Of a stretch of DNA of 64,000 nucleotides, positions 50,406 through 63,483 are shown piece after piece. Origin of the DNA: Prorocentrum cordatum. Lineage: Eukaryota. The first letter of the stretch is position 1. Each line of letters starts with the position of its first letter. The notes under the pieces are model-generated. The model ran no database searches. It had not been told where the DNA came from and saw only the letters and a program-made list of their open reading frames with translations. The stretch is from assembly GCA_963575745.1 (NCBI GenBank), contig CAUYUJ010000252.1, forward strand, positions 1 through 64,000, in the 5' to 3' direction. Made by a program: the position numbers and the translations under genes.

Positions 50406-51991
50406 TTGTCAGCAACAAATGAAAACCACGTGTTTGTCAATCGAGTAGTTACCAGAACGGTTGAATTTCTCCGCGTGCACTATCTCATCACCCTCATCAG
50501 CACCATCGCATCACTGCCGTCAGCGTCAGCACCAAACTCCGCCATTGCCGCCATCATCAGCGCAAGCGCCTTCATCACCGACACGTTGACATCATCGTCG
50601 TCGTCGCCAGCATCGGTGCCGTCATTGGCGCCGCCGTCGTCATCGTCATCGTCACCATCACCATCGCTATTGCAATCATGGTCGCCGTTGTTGTCGATGT
50701 CATCATGACATCGCGCCCGCCCGGGTCCAACCCGCCCTGAGGCGCCCGCGCGCCAGCGCGGCTCGTGGGACGCGCTGGGGAATTTCCGTCGGCAAACGCT
50801 ATCGCGGCCGCACCAGATGTGCCGGACCAGTTGGCCGAGCTGCGTGTGAGCGTGAGCGGGCCAGAGTGGCCGCAGAGATACGCTAGCAAGTTCCAATCGG
50901 CAGCCGTTATCGTGGCCGCACTGGTTTTGCCGATCAGGTTGAGGGTGGGAGGGCGAGCAGTGGATTTGTCAGTTCATACGTGACAGAATTCATTGCGCCA
51001 CATAGGTTGCACCACGCAGATTGCACCGCTTTATATCGCACCACACATATGGCACCACGTGCTTATATAGCACAGTATAAGTGGCACCAATTAGACCGCG
51101 CCATGTGCAAGTCGCAACATAAGTGACACCACGCTTATTGAGCCGCATACCTGGCATCATACATATTCCACTACGTATGGTATGTTCCCTAAAAGCGGAT
51201 ATGTGTGTTTACCCATTGCCAGGGACGGATTTCATACCTCATTTCAGCGTGTTAGCTTTTCCCCCGACTAACGGATCGTCATATGAGGTTCCAAATCGTG
51301 CAATCCTCGCCCGTTCCCCTTTCGACCCCCCCCCTCACCCCTGCCATAGAATACGATGCGGAGCACACATTTGGATCAAATTGCACCATCCCAAATGAAC
51401 CCGCATCAGAAACTACCATGTAGGGTCACACGTGCGAGTCCCGCGCGGGCACGTCCAAATCATTCGCACGCCATCCGATTTCAAACAACCTCGAGATCGT
51501 GCTTTCAAGGCTCTGCGGCCATAGTTTGTTTTCAAGAAGACCAGGCAGGGTTTCTTCTATGCGCACGCGCACTTGCTAAGCTCAAGCAGCTCCATGTGCT
51601 GTTCCAGTTCCGCTCAATGAAGCCATGCGGGCCGCCTACGCGCGCGCAGGTTGACGTCGTCAGGCGGGCGCCCCCCCATGCGCACATGTCGACACCATTC
51701 CAAGCGAATCGATTCCCAAGTCATTTCGAGATGGAGGTCAGCCACATATGTTTAAACGAGAAAGCTGCCAGGTTTTGTTTACGCGCGTGTCTTTCTCATC
51801 CTTACCAGTACCATCGCCGTCAGCATCATCGCTAGCGTCATCATTGCCACCCTCATCATCACCTTCACCATCACCATCACCACAAGCATCGTCGTCATTA
51901 TCACCACCGTCGCCGTCATCGTCGCCATCGTTATCGTCATTGCCGTCGCTCGCGCCATCAGCAGCACCATCATAACCATCAGCATCATCAG

Positions 51992-52023
<32 letters not shown>

Positions 52024-54150
52024 GTATCATCATCATCACCATCATCATCATCACCATCCCCATCACCATCATCATCATCAGCAGCATCATCACCATCGTT
52101 ATCACCATCATCATCATCATCATCATCAGCAGCATTATTTTCACCACCGTTATCTTATCATCGTCGCAGTCGCTTGCGTCGTCGTTGCCATCACCACTCA
52201 CCCGCCCGAATCATGGATCTGCATGCCAATGGTCCGCGCGTCATTGCACCAAGTGGGTTTTGCCAGCAGGTTGCGGACTGGTGGGTGCAAACTTGTCCGA
52301 TCGCTGGAGTTAGCCACTTCATGATGTTCAGGATTTGGCTGCACTGCGTAGACAAGGCCGTCTAAGTTTTACCCGCCAGGATGTGCCAGACACATAATGT
52401 ACAACATGGGTTCATTCACACAGGTTGCGTGTATACGTTGCACCTCGTAGACTGCACCACATCAGTGCCTCACGCTCAGTTTGCACAAGATGGGTTCTAT
52501 TTTCAAAAGAAGACTAGGCTCCACCAACCTCCCGAGCCTGGACTTATCGGACCTCCTTGGGACATTGCAAATTATTTACTATTATGTCTCATCGTTCATT
52601 TGCATGTGAATTCATACCGTTCCAGCCCAGGCAGTGTTGCCCCTCGTCCCTGTTCAATAATACCATGCCCGCGCACGCGTTCATCTCAAAAGATGCGTTG
52701 TCAAGAAACCCGGGCATTACGTACAACAAATCCACACGCGCACGCACACGTCCAAGTCGCACCGAACGCATTACTTTTGCCAGCATCTCAGCACACAAGC
52801 CGTACACACCTAATTTTTTCCATCGAATCACTTTGCAGGTGTTCTGCCCGCGCGCCCATCTAATTTTAGCAATCTCGCCCAGAACCCGCACGCTCATCCC
52901 ACCACGCGGTGCAATCACATAATGCTATGCGGGCCACATGCGCGTGCCGCCACGCGCGCGTGTCGAAATCCTTCCAAAACCGGTGGTTTCGACGCATTTC
53001 AAGATAGAGCGTTCCAAGCGTGCTAGCCAGCGTGGACCCCGAACAGTAAGTCATTGCACTGGATGTGTGTGTGTGTGTGTGTGTGGTGCAGGCTATGCGG
53101 TGCAAATGTGAGTCATGTGGTGCAGTATACGTGGTGCATGATAGAGGCGGCACCGATGCGGCAACGGGCGGCAACGTGGCGAAGCCTCGCCAGACCCACC
53201 CAGCGCACGAGGCGGCAACGAGGCGGCACCGAAGCGGCAACGGACGGCAACGAAGCGAAATTTCGCCAGACCCCCCCAGCGGGCCGCACCAGTTGTGTCA
53301 AACCAGCTGGTAGCTCTGCGCGCGACCGTGCGCGCGCGAGCGCGGCCGTAGAGATGCGCCAGCAACTGTCAGTCAGTGGCCGCAATCGTGGCGGAATGGG
53401 TATTGCCAAATAAGTTGCGGGTGGGAAGGTGGGACTTGCAGTGAATTTGACGGCTTCAAGTTCCTCATCGCTACTTGCGCCCGAAAAGTATGGCGCCGTA
53501 AATATCGTGTTGCATTTTTCACACCGCATCGGTTACACCACAGATATCGCACCACGCACACACGCAAACAGGTTACAACATGTATACTGTACATTGAGAG
53601 TGCAATGACCTTTGGCGTCGGGAAGTGGCGCATTATTTTGCGCTTGTTGCTGCCGTCACTATTGCTATTGCTGCTGATGGGGTGCGTTCAAGTACGACCC
53701 TATGCTGCGCGTTGCCTTGCTTTGCTTAGCAGCGCCTTGCGTTGGTCCGCTTTTATGCGTTGTGCTTTTCTCAGCAATGTTGCTTTTGTTTTGTTCCGCT
53801 TCACCTCGCTGTCCGCATCAGTATTTTTCAGCTGTTAGCCTTTTTGTTGTTGTTTATAGCTTGTGTGCTGAAGCGGTATTGGTTTTGTTTCGCCTGCTCT
53901 GATTTGAGCTAGCGTGTTTGTTCTTGCTGTGCTGAGCGCTCAGTCTGTTATTCCCGTGCCTTCGCGCCCCTTAGTTTCGTGCCAGGTGTCTTTTCCAATT
54001 CATTTCCTTGTTGTGTTGCGTGAGCTCTGTCTCTCGGCCAGCTCGCCACGCGGGCATGGGACCCAGCCACGCGCAGCCGGATCAACACCAGCGCAAACCC
54101 GCTCAGACCCCAAGAAATGGGAGAGGAGCGGAAGGCTAGGGAGGGTTCGG

Positions 54151-54345
54151 TGCGGTAGGTTCGCGTCGTGCCGATTGGCGGCGACCTTGCCGCCGGCGTT
54201 CCACGTTGAACGCTGCCGGCGACCCAGAATCGGCCGATGTTGAACGATCTGACGTTTTGTCAACGACCGATCGGTCAAGGTTGAACAGGTTACCCGCGGT
54301 GTCAGAAAACCAGCGCCGGGGCCGTCACAACACGAACCTGCCGCA
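54151..54345. mobile_element. MITE; second copy at 56047-56214, so the two copies flank the SAM exon
   Basis: TIR TGCGGTAGGTTCGCGTCG / C(A/G)AC(A/G)CGAA(C/T)CTGCCG(C/T)A; shared core gacccagaatcgg.cgatgttga.cgatctgacgttt. Confidence 0.8.
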
Positions 54346-55474
54346 GGGAGGCTTCGGGAAGCTGGCTCAGACACCTGTGAAAGCGACTACAAAGTGTGCC
54401 GAGGGTTATAAGGTCCTTTTGGAAGGGCTTAGCATCTATACATACATATCTACACATATGTGTATATATATAAAGATGTATATGTGTATGTATGTGTGTA
54501 TATATACATATACATATGCCTTCGCACGAAACCGCGGCCTCGGCAGGCTCTCGGATGCCACGTCTGCAGGGCCACGCCTTCTTCCAGGCAGCCCCCGGCG
54601 AGCCCCTCCGCCGGCGGGGCAGGCCTTCTCGGTCTCCGCTGCCGCGCCGGGCCCAGCCGCTGCTTCTTTTGGGGCACGCACGGTGCCTGCCTGAACCCGT
54701 CTGGCCCCGGCAGGTGCGGCCGGGTATGCCCTCCCGGCCCAGAAGGGAATGCCGGATGCACCGGTCCTGGGCCCAGGATTGGCCTTGCCAGGATCGGTGT
54801 GTGTGTGTGTGTGTGCGTGCAGCTTGGCGTTCCCCTCCCCCGGCTCTGTTCACCACCCTGCGGCACATGCTTTGGACAGTGCGGTCCCGCTCGCAGCCAT
54901 GCGCGAATACAGGCATGGGCGCCACCAGAGGAGGAGGAGGAGGAGGAGGAGGAGGAGAGGAGGAGGAGGAGGAGGAGGAGGAGGAGGATGTTGCCTGGAT
55001 GTTAGCCTGATCCGCTCTGCAACAAGCACGAGTGCGGAGCCGACGAAAATCGAGACCCCCCTCGCCTGAGTTCTGGGGGGGGCCTCCTGCAAAATGACGC
55101 GCAGCTGAAACATCAACCACTGCGCTCCGCGCTCCCCCCGCGGCGGCGGCGTTGGCTCTCCGCGCTCCTCGGAGCACTGGCCGCCGCCGCGGGGGCCTCC
55201 AGCCCCAGCCCCAGCGGGGGAGTGGGCCGCAGTGGAACTGTGAACCCCGGGGGGAGGAGAGGAGAGGTGAGAGGGGGAGGAGAAGAGAAGCCAGGAGGAA
55301 GGATGAGGGGGGGGGCACAGTCCCCCCGTGGCCTACCCCCCGAGGAGGAGGAGGAGGAGGAGGAGGAGGAGGAGGAGGAGGAGGAGGAGGAGGAGGAGGA
55401 GGAAGAGGAAGAGAAAGCGGATGTGAAGGATGAGGGGGAGGCCTCCGCATCTCTCCCGTGCCGTGCCGCCGGAG

Positions 55475-55615
55475 GAGGAGGTGCAGCAGTGGCTCGCGAC
55501 GTACAACTTGCAGCAGCTGGCGGCGCGGCTGAACGAGAGCGGCCTGCACAGTCTGGTCGACGTCGCGACTAGGCTCGGCTCGGTTATGGAGCTGGCCGGC
55601 GAGATGTCCGAGCAG
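55475..55615 (+). CDS. Gene B exon, SAM-like domain (EEVQQWLATYNLQQLAARLNESGLHSLVDV...EMSEQ)
   Basis: V..WL...L......L...G+.+L pattern; 141 nt; CAG|GA donor. Confidence 0.75.
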
Positions 55616-56419
55616 GATCGCCGCCTGCGCTGCTCGGCGGCGAAGTTCGGAGACTGCCCTCGCCGATCCACCGTGCAAGCAGCTCGATGGGCGGCGCCTG
55701 GACAGGGCTCGCTCGGAGTTCGTCGAGCACGTGGCGAGATCCGAACCCTTTACCCGCCTCCCATCGATTTAGGAGAATCAAGTGGTTGGGGGGGGGTCAG
55801 GATTCGGATGTCGCCACCCAACTGTGCATGAAGATTGCGTGGTCGTGCTTTGCGTGATTTTATTCGATCGCTGGTCTCGTTCTCGCGGGCTCCATTCCCA
55901 GGCGCTGCGATCTTGATGGACAGAGGGGCTCGGTTGTACCCTATGCCTGTATGGGCACCAAGAGTGCTCACGTGAAGCCCCAGTAAGTAAAGATTTCGGG
56001 GATGGTGGCCGATCAGCTTGAAATTGGCAGGCCCTGGCCTACACACTGCGGTAGGTTCGCGTCGCGTCGTCCGGCGGCGACGCGCCGCCAGCGACCCAGA
56101 ATCGGTCGATGTTGAGCGATCTGACGTTTCGGAAACGGCCGATCGTTCAAGGTTGAACGATCCCCGCGGTGTCAGGAAGCAACGCCGAGGTCGTCACGAC
56201 GCGAATCTGCCGTACACCATGTTCGTGCCGCAGCGACGTGACGGCGACGCGGTCGCGGGCGTTCAAGGCTGAGTGCCACCAGCGGCCTGAACCAGGCCGA
56301 TCTTGAGCGGCAGTCGCTGTCAGACAGCGGAGATCGCGAAGGTTTACGGTCGGGAGTTTTTGGGCAGCGTGACGCTGCTCCGCGGGTTCTGGCCCACCAC
56401 GCTTTGGAGCGACACGTTA

Positions 56420-56587
56420 TGAAGGGCCTGTTTTCCACCACCACCACCATAAGTTGGAGGGGGGAAGGGGGAGGAGGAGGAGGAGGAGGAGGAGGAGGAG
56501 GAGGAGGAGGAGGAGGTGGAGGAGGGGAGGACTCCCTCCCCCTGCAACTTACGGTGGTGGTGGTGGTGGTGGAAAACAGGCCCATCA
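56420..56587. repeat. Inverted repeat with ~45-bp arms around a (GGA)n core
   Basis: gggcctgttttccaccacc..taagttg / caactta..ggtggtggaaaacaggccc. Confidence 0.85.
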
Positions 56588-58342
56588 CCCTAGCCACCTC
56601 GCGGTCCCGAGGCGCCAGCGCGCCCGGGCGTGCCCGAGCCTCCCGCCGCGCAGAGCGGAGCGACGCGCGAGGTCCGCGTGCAGGGGGACGGCGTGCCGCC
56701 CGGGCCGCCATGCCGACGTGCTGCCCAGCAGCTCCCGGCCGCAGCGGCGTGCGCGTCGTCGGGCCTGGAATTCCGCGCAGACACGACAGTCACCAGCCCT
56801 GCATAGTCACACACTGTTCAGTTCTGATTCTTCGAGAGTTCTTGGATTTTCTGGGGGGGCCCAAGATCCTTTCATTTCTAATTGTTCTATCCTGGGCCTC
56901 TTTCTGGCCACTAGGGGGGCCGGGAATAATTAGAAACGAGCGCACTCAGAAATAAGCACGATTCGGAACGAACGACGTGTACGTGCCGCGGTCGCTCATC
57001 AGAAGCGCGCTGCCCAGAGCTGCCCGACGGGCGGGGCTCTGCGTCCTGGGCGCTGCTTCTGGGGATGTGGACGCCGAGCCTCTGCGGCTCAGCGCGGCAG
57101 CGGTTCTGCTCCTCAGACGAGGGTCTGGACCTCTTGCGGAGTGTCAGCGGGTCGAGGCCAGGGGCACAGAGATGGGACCTGGTATCCATCCCCTCGACGC
57201 CCTCCTCCCTCCCCTCATCCCCTTTCTTCCGCCCTTTCTCCCTCCATCCTCCCTCCCGCCTCACTCCGTGTTCTTCCCTCCAAACCTCAATCTTTTTGCC
57301 GTTACTCCCTCCTGTCGCATTCCCAGACGTGTCCTTAGGGCGGCGGGCCTGGCGTTTCGCTTAAGACTTCCTCACCGCGTATGATCCTGGAGCTTGAAAT
57401 TTTCAACAGGTGCACGGATGGAGGGGTGCCGTTTTCAAAATGGCGTCCTCGCACGATTGCCGCGCACATTCGTGTCTGAATCGTTTGCAGCAGTTACAAG
57501 ATGCATCACACGTTCTGTAATTTTGGGCTCTCGTCTTGGAGCTGCGGACAATCGCCATAAACGTTTTCAGAAGTTAGAACCTTTGAGCGCATGCCGTCAA
57601 AATGAGGGCTCTCGCCGTAGCGCTGCGCATATTCGTCTCGCAAGGCGGCAGCACCTACCAGTATGGAGCACATGGCTTTGTCAACACGTGGGTCACGCTC
57701 GAGCGCCGTGCAGCTTCGTCTCAAGCCGCTGCAGTCGAGTCGGGAGGGGATGCGGGCCCTCTCTCCCGAGCGAGGCTCTCGCTCGAGCGCAGCGCACGCT
57801 CGCCTCACGTGCCTGCAGCCTGTGCAGCGGTGCAGGGCGGTGGCGTTGCAGTATGTGGTTCTTGCTCGAAGCCTCCCTTGAAGTTCGAGGCCGCAAGCAC
57901 TTCAGCATCTGCACCAGGTGCACGGGGGCAGGGCAGCTTCGGACGCAGACTTCAGGGCGGGGCTCTCGCTTGAGACCCTCTGTCGCCTCATGACCTGGCG
58001 TGTCTGGCTCTTGGTGCAGTCGCGCGGATGGGGGGCCGTCCTGTTTCAAAGTGGTTACCTCGCGGGGCGCCTCGTGAAGTTGTGTGGCCATCGCTGCTCG
58101 CATTTCTGATCACGCGATGGACGGATGCAGCGCGATTCCATTTCAGCACGGGGATCTCGCCTGAATGTCAGGCCCATATGGCGCTGCTCTTTCAAATGCG
58201 CTCTTCGTGTATTGGATAGGATGGCTGATCGGGACTTTTGCGGGCGGACATGGAACGGGAGGGCGTATTGCAGCATCGCTGATGCATCGTGGGGCAACTC
58301 TGGTCCTCCTCTTCCTCCTCCTCCTCCTCCTCCGCTGAGCAG

Positions 58343-58441
58343 GAGCGGACCGACCTGAAGTCCGCGCTAGACGAGCTCGGCAAGATGTGGCCCAGCGCTG
58401 GCTACCCGCGCCACTCGTTGTCGTTCTGCGTCCTGCCAGAG
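58343..58441 (+). CDS. Gene B exon (ERTDLKSALDELGKMWPSAGYPRHSLSFCVLPE)
   Basis: (CCT)n then CAG|G; completes the last SAM helix; GAG|GA donor; 99 nt. Confidence 0.75.
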
Positions 58442-59339
58442 GACTGCCCTCGGCGAGAGAGGAGGGGAGAGGAGCTGAGGAGGAGGATGTAGAGGAGGAG
58501 GAACAGGTGGAGGAGTAGGAGAAAAAGGCGGAGGAGGAGGAGGCGGACGACGGGGAGGATGAGAAGGAGGAGCAGGAGGAGGAGGAGGAGGCGGTGGAGG
58601 AGGAGGAGGAGGAGGAGGAACGGGAGGGCGAGGAGGAGGAGCAGGAGGAGGGGGAGGAGGTGTTCCGTTGATTCCAGGAGAGGAGCAGGACTACGAGGAG
58701 CATGAGGAGGTGGAGAGGCAGGAGGCACAGGCATGGCTTAGGGTTCAGTGATGCGGAAGACGAAGAGTGCACCGCGCTCACTTCTTTGCCCCTGGGTTGG
58801 TGTATGAGCGGCGGCTTCTGCGCTGGCATGTGCGCGCATGTGCGCCGGCATGTGCGTGCATGTGCCGCGCTTATGCGGCAGTTCGGGTGGGATGTCCTAC
58901 TGCGCACGGAGCGGGGGAGGCTTCCAGAGGACCAGGATGCCTCAGGCATTTTGCTCACACAACCCACTTTTCATAAAGAGTCACCCCTCCCCTTCCCCTT
59001 GCTCCCCTCTCCCGTCTTCCTGTCTCCCTTTCCTGTCCCCTTCCCTACGCCTGTCCCCCCGTCCTCTTCCCTTACCCCCTCCCTCTCCCTCTCGCCCTCC
59101 CTCCCTTTTTCTGTTCCCCCTCTCTCTACATCTACATCCAAACTGAATTAATATTTATCACTGTCTCTCTCTCTCGCTCTCTCTCTCTACCTCTGTGCCT
59201 CTGTGTCTCTCTACCTCTCCACCTCTCAGCAAATCTACCTCTGTTATCTCGCTTTCGCAATTCCCTCTTTCTTTATTTCTTATGTTATTTTTCTCTCTCT
59301 CTCTCTATCTCTCTGTCTTTCTCGCTCCTCGCTCTTATG

Positions 59340-60010
59340 TGTCTTATATGTGATGTATGTGTATGTTTTTTTCTCTCTCGCTCTGTTCTCTCGTATGTTC
59401 AAAAGCCCTGACTGCTTGATTTTCCATGTACATGTATCTGACCGTGCATCGTATACCTATATGGACATGTGTGTGCATGCATACATCGATACATGCGTGT
59501 TTATATTTAGATATGCATGCATGCGTGCATGCATGCATGCATGTATGATTATGTGTATGTATGTGTGCATGTACGAGTGCTTGCGTGTGTGCATGGACGT
59601 ATGCATGCATGCGTACACATATATAGATACATATATATGTATATATGTATGTATGTATGAATGTAGGTATATGTATATGTATGCAGTAATCTTTACATAT
59701 GCAGACATGTATGCATGCATGCACGTACGACTGTATGCATATATGCATGCACGTATGAATGTATACATGCATGCATGTATGCATGTATGTATGCAGATAC
59801 GTATAGATGCAGGCATCGGCGCCACAAAGTATATATGTATGCATGGTTATATGCATGTATGTCTGCATACATGTATGTACGTATATACGTATGTGTATAG
59901 GTACGTATGTATGTTTTTATTTATGTACGCATGCATGCATTCGTGTACGTATGCGTGCCTGTATGTCTGCATCCATGTTTATGTGCAGTTATACACATGT
60001 ATGTTTGCCA
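59340..60010. repeat. Alternating purine-pyrimidine tract (TA/TG/CA)
   Basis: Direct reading of the sequence. Confidence 0.9.
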
Positions 60011-60109
60011 GCGTGGGCTCCAAGCAGTACGTTTTGGCGCTGCCGATGTGGAAGCTGTGTGGTGCAAGCTGTGTGGTGTACGCTATGTCGTGTAGCATGC
60101 GTGGTGGAA

Positions 60110-60500
60110 GCTAGCGGCGGGAATAGGTGGCCACGGGCGGCAAAGTGACGACACCTCACCTCGCAGGACCCACCTGGCGCACGAGGCGCCCACGAGGCGG
60201 CCAGTGGCGGCAACGTGGCGAAACCTCGCAGGACCCCCGCGGGTCACGAGGCGGCCACGAGGCGGCCACGAGGCGACAACGTGGCGAACTCTCGCAGGAC
60301 CCACCCGGCGCACGAGGCGGCCTCCAGGCGGCCACGGGGCGACAACGTGGCGAACTCTCGCAGGACCCACCCGGCGCACGAGGCGGCCTCCAGGCGGCCA
60401 CGGGCGGCAACGTGCCGAAGCCTCGCCCGACCCGCCCAGCGCACGAGGCGGCCACGAGGCGGCCACGGGCGGCAACGTGGCGAAGCCTCGCCAGATCCGC
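60110..60500 (+). repeat. ~60-bp tandem minisatellite (~6 units); related units at 53145-53290
   Basis: ggcaacgtggcgaa.c.tcgcaggacccacccggcgcacgaggcggcc units. Confidence 0.9.
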
Positions 60501-61779
60501 CCCCTCTCCCCTTCTTCCCTCCTTCCCCTCCCCAGCTCCCCCTTTCTCTTCCTTTCCGCCTCCCCTCTCTCTCTCTCTCTCTTTCTCCTTCTGTCCATGT
60601 CCGTCTCTCCCTCCTCCCTCTCCCCCTTGCCAGCTCCCCCGTCGAGCAAGTTGTTTTTCGCGCGTGCGGGTTGGCCTGGCGACTGCCGCGTGTCCCAGGG
60701 CTGCGCTGGCTCCGCGGCTGTGCAGGTCGAAGCTCGCGGACGTACATTCTTTCGGGGACAGCAGCAACCAACCAGAAGGGGGGGCTGTCACAACCAATCG
60801 TCAGGCGCCCCTGCGTTCCCCTCCTTCTTCTTCCTGGGCTCCCGTGGGCTGTCGGGGGGAACGCATCCTCCCCCCTTCTTCTTTCACTCTCCTTTGGCCA
60901 GGCACGCGCAGGATGAGGCTAGGTCGCTCCCGAGCGCTCCAGAACGCCTTCAGCGCGTTTCGGAGCTCCCTGAAGTGACCGCGGCGCCCGAAGAATCCTC
61001 CAGACCCGTCGGGTTCTCAGAGATTCCCGCCTCATCCCAACCGATCCGGATTTGTCCGCGTCCTGGTTCGTCTCGCACGGGGTGCCCTGGACGGTTCGGT
61101 GCCCCTGCCAGCCTGCGCTTGCACGGTCTCCGCCTCCCGTTCCAGCCACCGTGCTCAGCTCCCGTGACCGTCTCTGCTTCGGTCTCCGTGGCCAGCCCGG
61201 TACTCCCTGGCGTCCCACCGTCTCACAGGTGAAGCTGCATTGCGAGGAACGGACAATGACATGCACATGAACCTGCAGAGGTTCGCGCGGCTTTCGCGGA
61301 TCGGCCCTGGACCCCCGTTCCTGCCGCGCGGAACGCGCCCGGGGCGGCGCCATGGGCGCCGCCAGGCGGGGCCCAGCGCCGGCCGATCCGAGAGAGCCCC
61401 GCGGATCTCCGAAAGTTTGTGCTCATATGCCACGGCTGGCTCCCCCTTATAGCACAGCCTGGGACCATCGCGCACCCGCACGCGCGAGCGGCGCCTGCGC
61501 GAGCGGCGCCTGCGCGGCGGGGCCGCAGCCCGGCCCGCGCAGGCGGGATCGGGGCCCCGCCCCTTGCGTCATGGCATCGCAGCCGTGGCCCTTCCTGCCG
61601 AGCCCAGCTGCACCGCAGGCGCCGCGAGGGCCACCTCGGGCGTGTCAGCTGGGGGGTGGGCGTGCAGAGCACCGCCTGGGCCGCGGGGCCGCGCGGCGAG
61701 CAGCCCGCCTCGGCCGGGCCCGTGGTCTGTCCTCTCCTCTGTGGCAGGCCTGCCCCTTCCCCTCTCGCAGAGAGAGAGG

Positions 61780-61814
<35 letters not shown>

Positions 61815-62019
61815 CGAGAGAGCGCAAGTCCTCCTCCTCCTCCTCCCCCTCCTCCCCCTCCTCCTCCTCCTTCCCCTCCTCCTCCTCCTCCTCCTCCTTC
61901 TCCTCCTCCTCCTCCTCCTCCTCCTCCTCCTCCTCCTGCCCCCGCAACATGCGTTCGGTTACTTTCGCAGCTGGCTGTAGCACATACTAGCTCGTTGCCC
62001 CCTTGTCCCGCCGCCTCAG

Positions 62020-62297
62020 GAGGGATCGTCGGACGAGCCGAAGGAGATTGCGTCCATGGCTTGGCAGGGCGGCACGATCGCCCTGGCTCCGAACGGCGTT
62101 GCCGAGGAGGAGTTCGACGACGAGCCGGAGAGCAACGTGGCGCGGCCGCGCAAGGACGTCACAGTCGGTTGCGTCGCGGTTCAGGGCTGGGAGAAGTGCG
62201 AATGGCTGCGGGTGGGCTACTCCTACGGCCGCTACTACGTCCACCTGGGCGAGCGGTCCGCCGAGTCGACCCAGAAGGGGTGGGTGAGGCTCCAGAA
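62020..62297 (+). CDS. Gene B exon, second divergent FHA-like region (EGSSDEPKE...GRYYVHLG...KGWVRLQK); donor at 62288 or 62297
   Basis: CAG|G acceptor, strong GC3 coding signal; YYV...WVRL pattern. Confidence 0.75.
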
Positions 62298-63170
62298 GCA
62301 GCGGGGCCCCCAGTCGTGCCCACCACGACCGATCGGCCTCCACTGCCCTGGTCTGTGGGTCGGAGCTGGTCCTGCATCGAAGTTGGCGCTGACGTGCTGG
62401 CACACCTGACGATGCGGATGGGAAGAGGCCTGCTGGGGAGGATGGGGTGGGGGAGTGGGGGAAGGTGTGGCTTCGCCGTCTCGTCGTGGTGTCGTTTCCT
62501 TCTTCTCCCTCCACGATCGGTTCTCTTTACCTGGCGAGAACTAGTTTGAGGCCCTTGAAGCCTCGAGGGAGGAGCACCAACGGTCTGCACCCTGAAGCCT
62601 GGGACTGGAAGGGGGCACTGGACGAGAGGAATGGGGCAGGAGCTGGATTAGGGGCAGAAGGAGGGAGCTGCTCTTCTGGCCGGCCTCTCCATCGGGAGTC
62701 GGCCGATCATTGCGGGGCGGGCGGAGAGCACATGCTGTCACCCAGGGCAGGCCGCCCGATCGATCCCGCGATTACCTCATCCTCGGCCTCCTCCTGCTCC
62801 TCTCACGGCGTCCTCGTCTGTTTCTTGCTGTGTCTTCGTGCTGGCCACCAAGCAGTGGCGAAGCGCCCTGACATGCCTGAAGGCTCACCAGGGAGGGTTC
62901 TAAGGCCTTTTGGTGGTTTGCACGAGGGGTTCTCAGAACACTTCTGGCTGGGACAGCCTTGCTTGAGTCAATCGGCTTCATGCTCTAAAACATGGTTTTC
63001 GTCCTCAGGGCGTCCTCTCGCTCTTAGATAAATTCGCGGTTGGCCAGCAGGAATGCCGGGGCGGTCGGGCCCTGCTGAAGGCCAGCTCCGCCGCGGGACC
63101 GAGAGGCCTCGTGAGGCCCGTGGGCCTGCTCCCCTCGGCCCTTCCCTGCGCCGCTGGCCGCTGGCCCGAG

Positions 63171-63285
63171 GCAGAGCCACTGGCTGCAGCCGCACGACTT
63201 CTTCCGCATCGGCGAGCTCGAGTTCTCGGTGATGCGCTTCAACGCCGCGGTGCACTCGGCGCAGGGGTTCCGGGCCACGATGGAG
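63171..63285 (+). CDS. Gene B exon: end of the FHA-like domain and start of the PP2C/PPM phosphatase domain (QSHWLQPHDFFRIGELEFSVMRFNAAVHSAQGFRATME|D)
   Basis: L.P.D.F.IG..EF (FHA end), then QG.R..MED (PP2C motif 1). The gene continues beyond the window. Confidence 0.85.
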
Positions 63286-63426
63286 GACCGCGGGCGCGGC
63301 ACCCCCTCCCCCGGTGGCACCGGCGGGGGGAGCACCCGGTCAGCTCGGCCAGCCTGAGGGGGAGGAGGACGGCCTGGGAGAGAGAGAGAAAGAGAGATAG
63401 AGAGAGAAGGAGAGAGAGCGACAGAG

Positions 63427-63483
<57 letters not shown>

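Noticed and set aside
59203..60114. 303-aa Cys/Met/Tyr-rich ORF
   Set aside because: It is the translation of the purine-pyrimidine repeat.
60110..60500. CRISPR-like regular repeats
   Set aside because: The units are contiguous tandem copies with no unique spacers and no cas genes.
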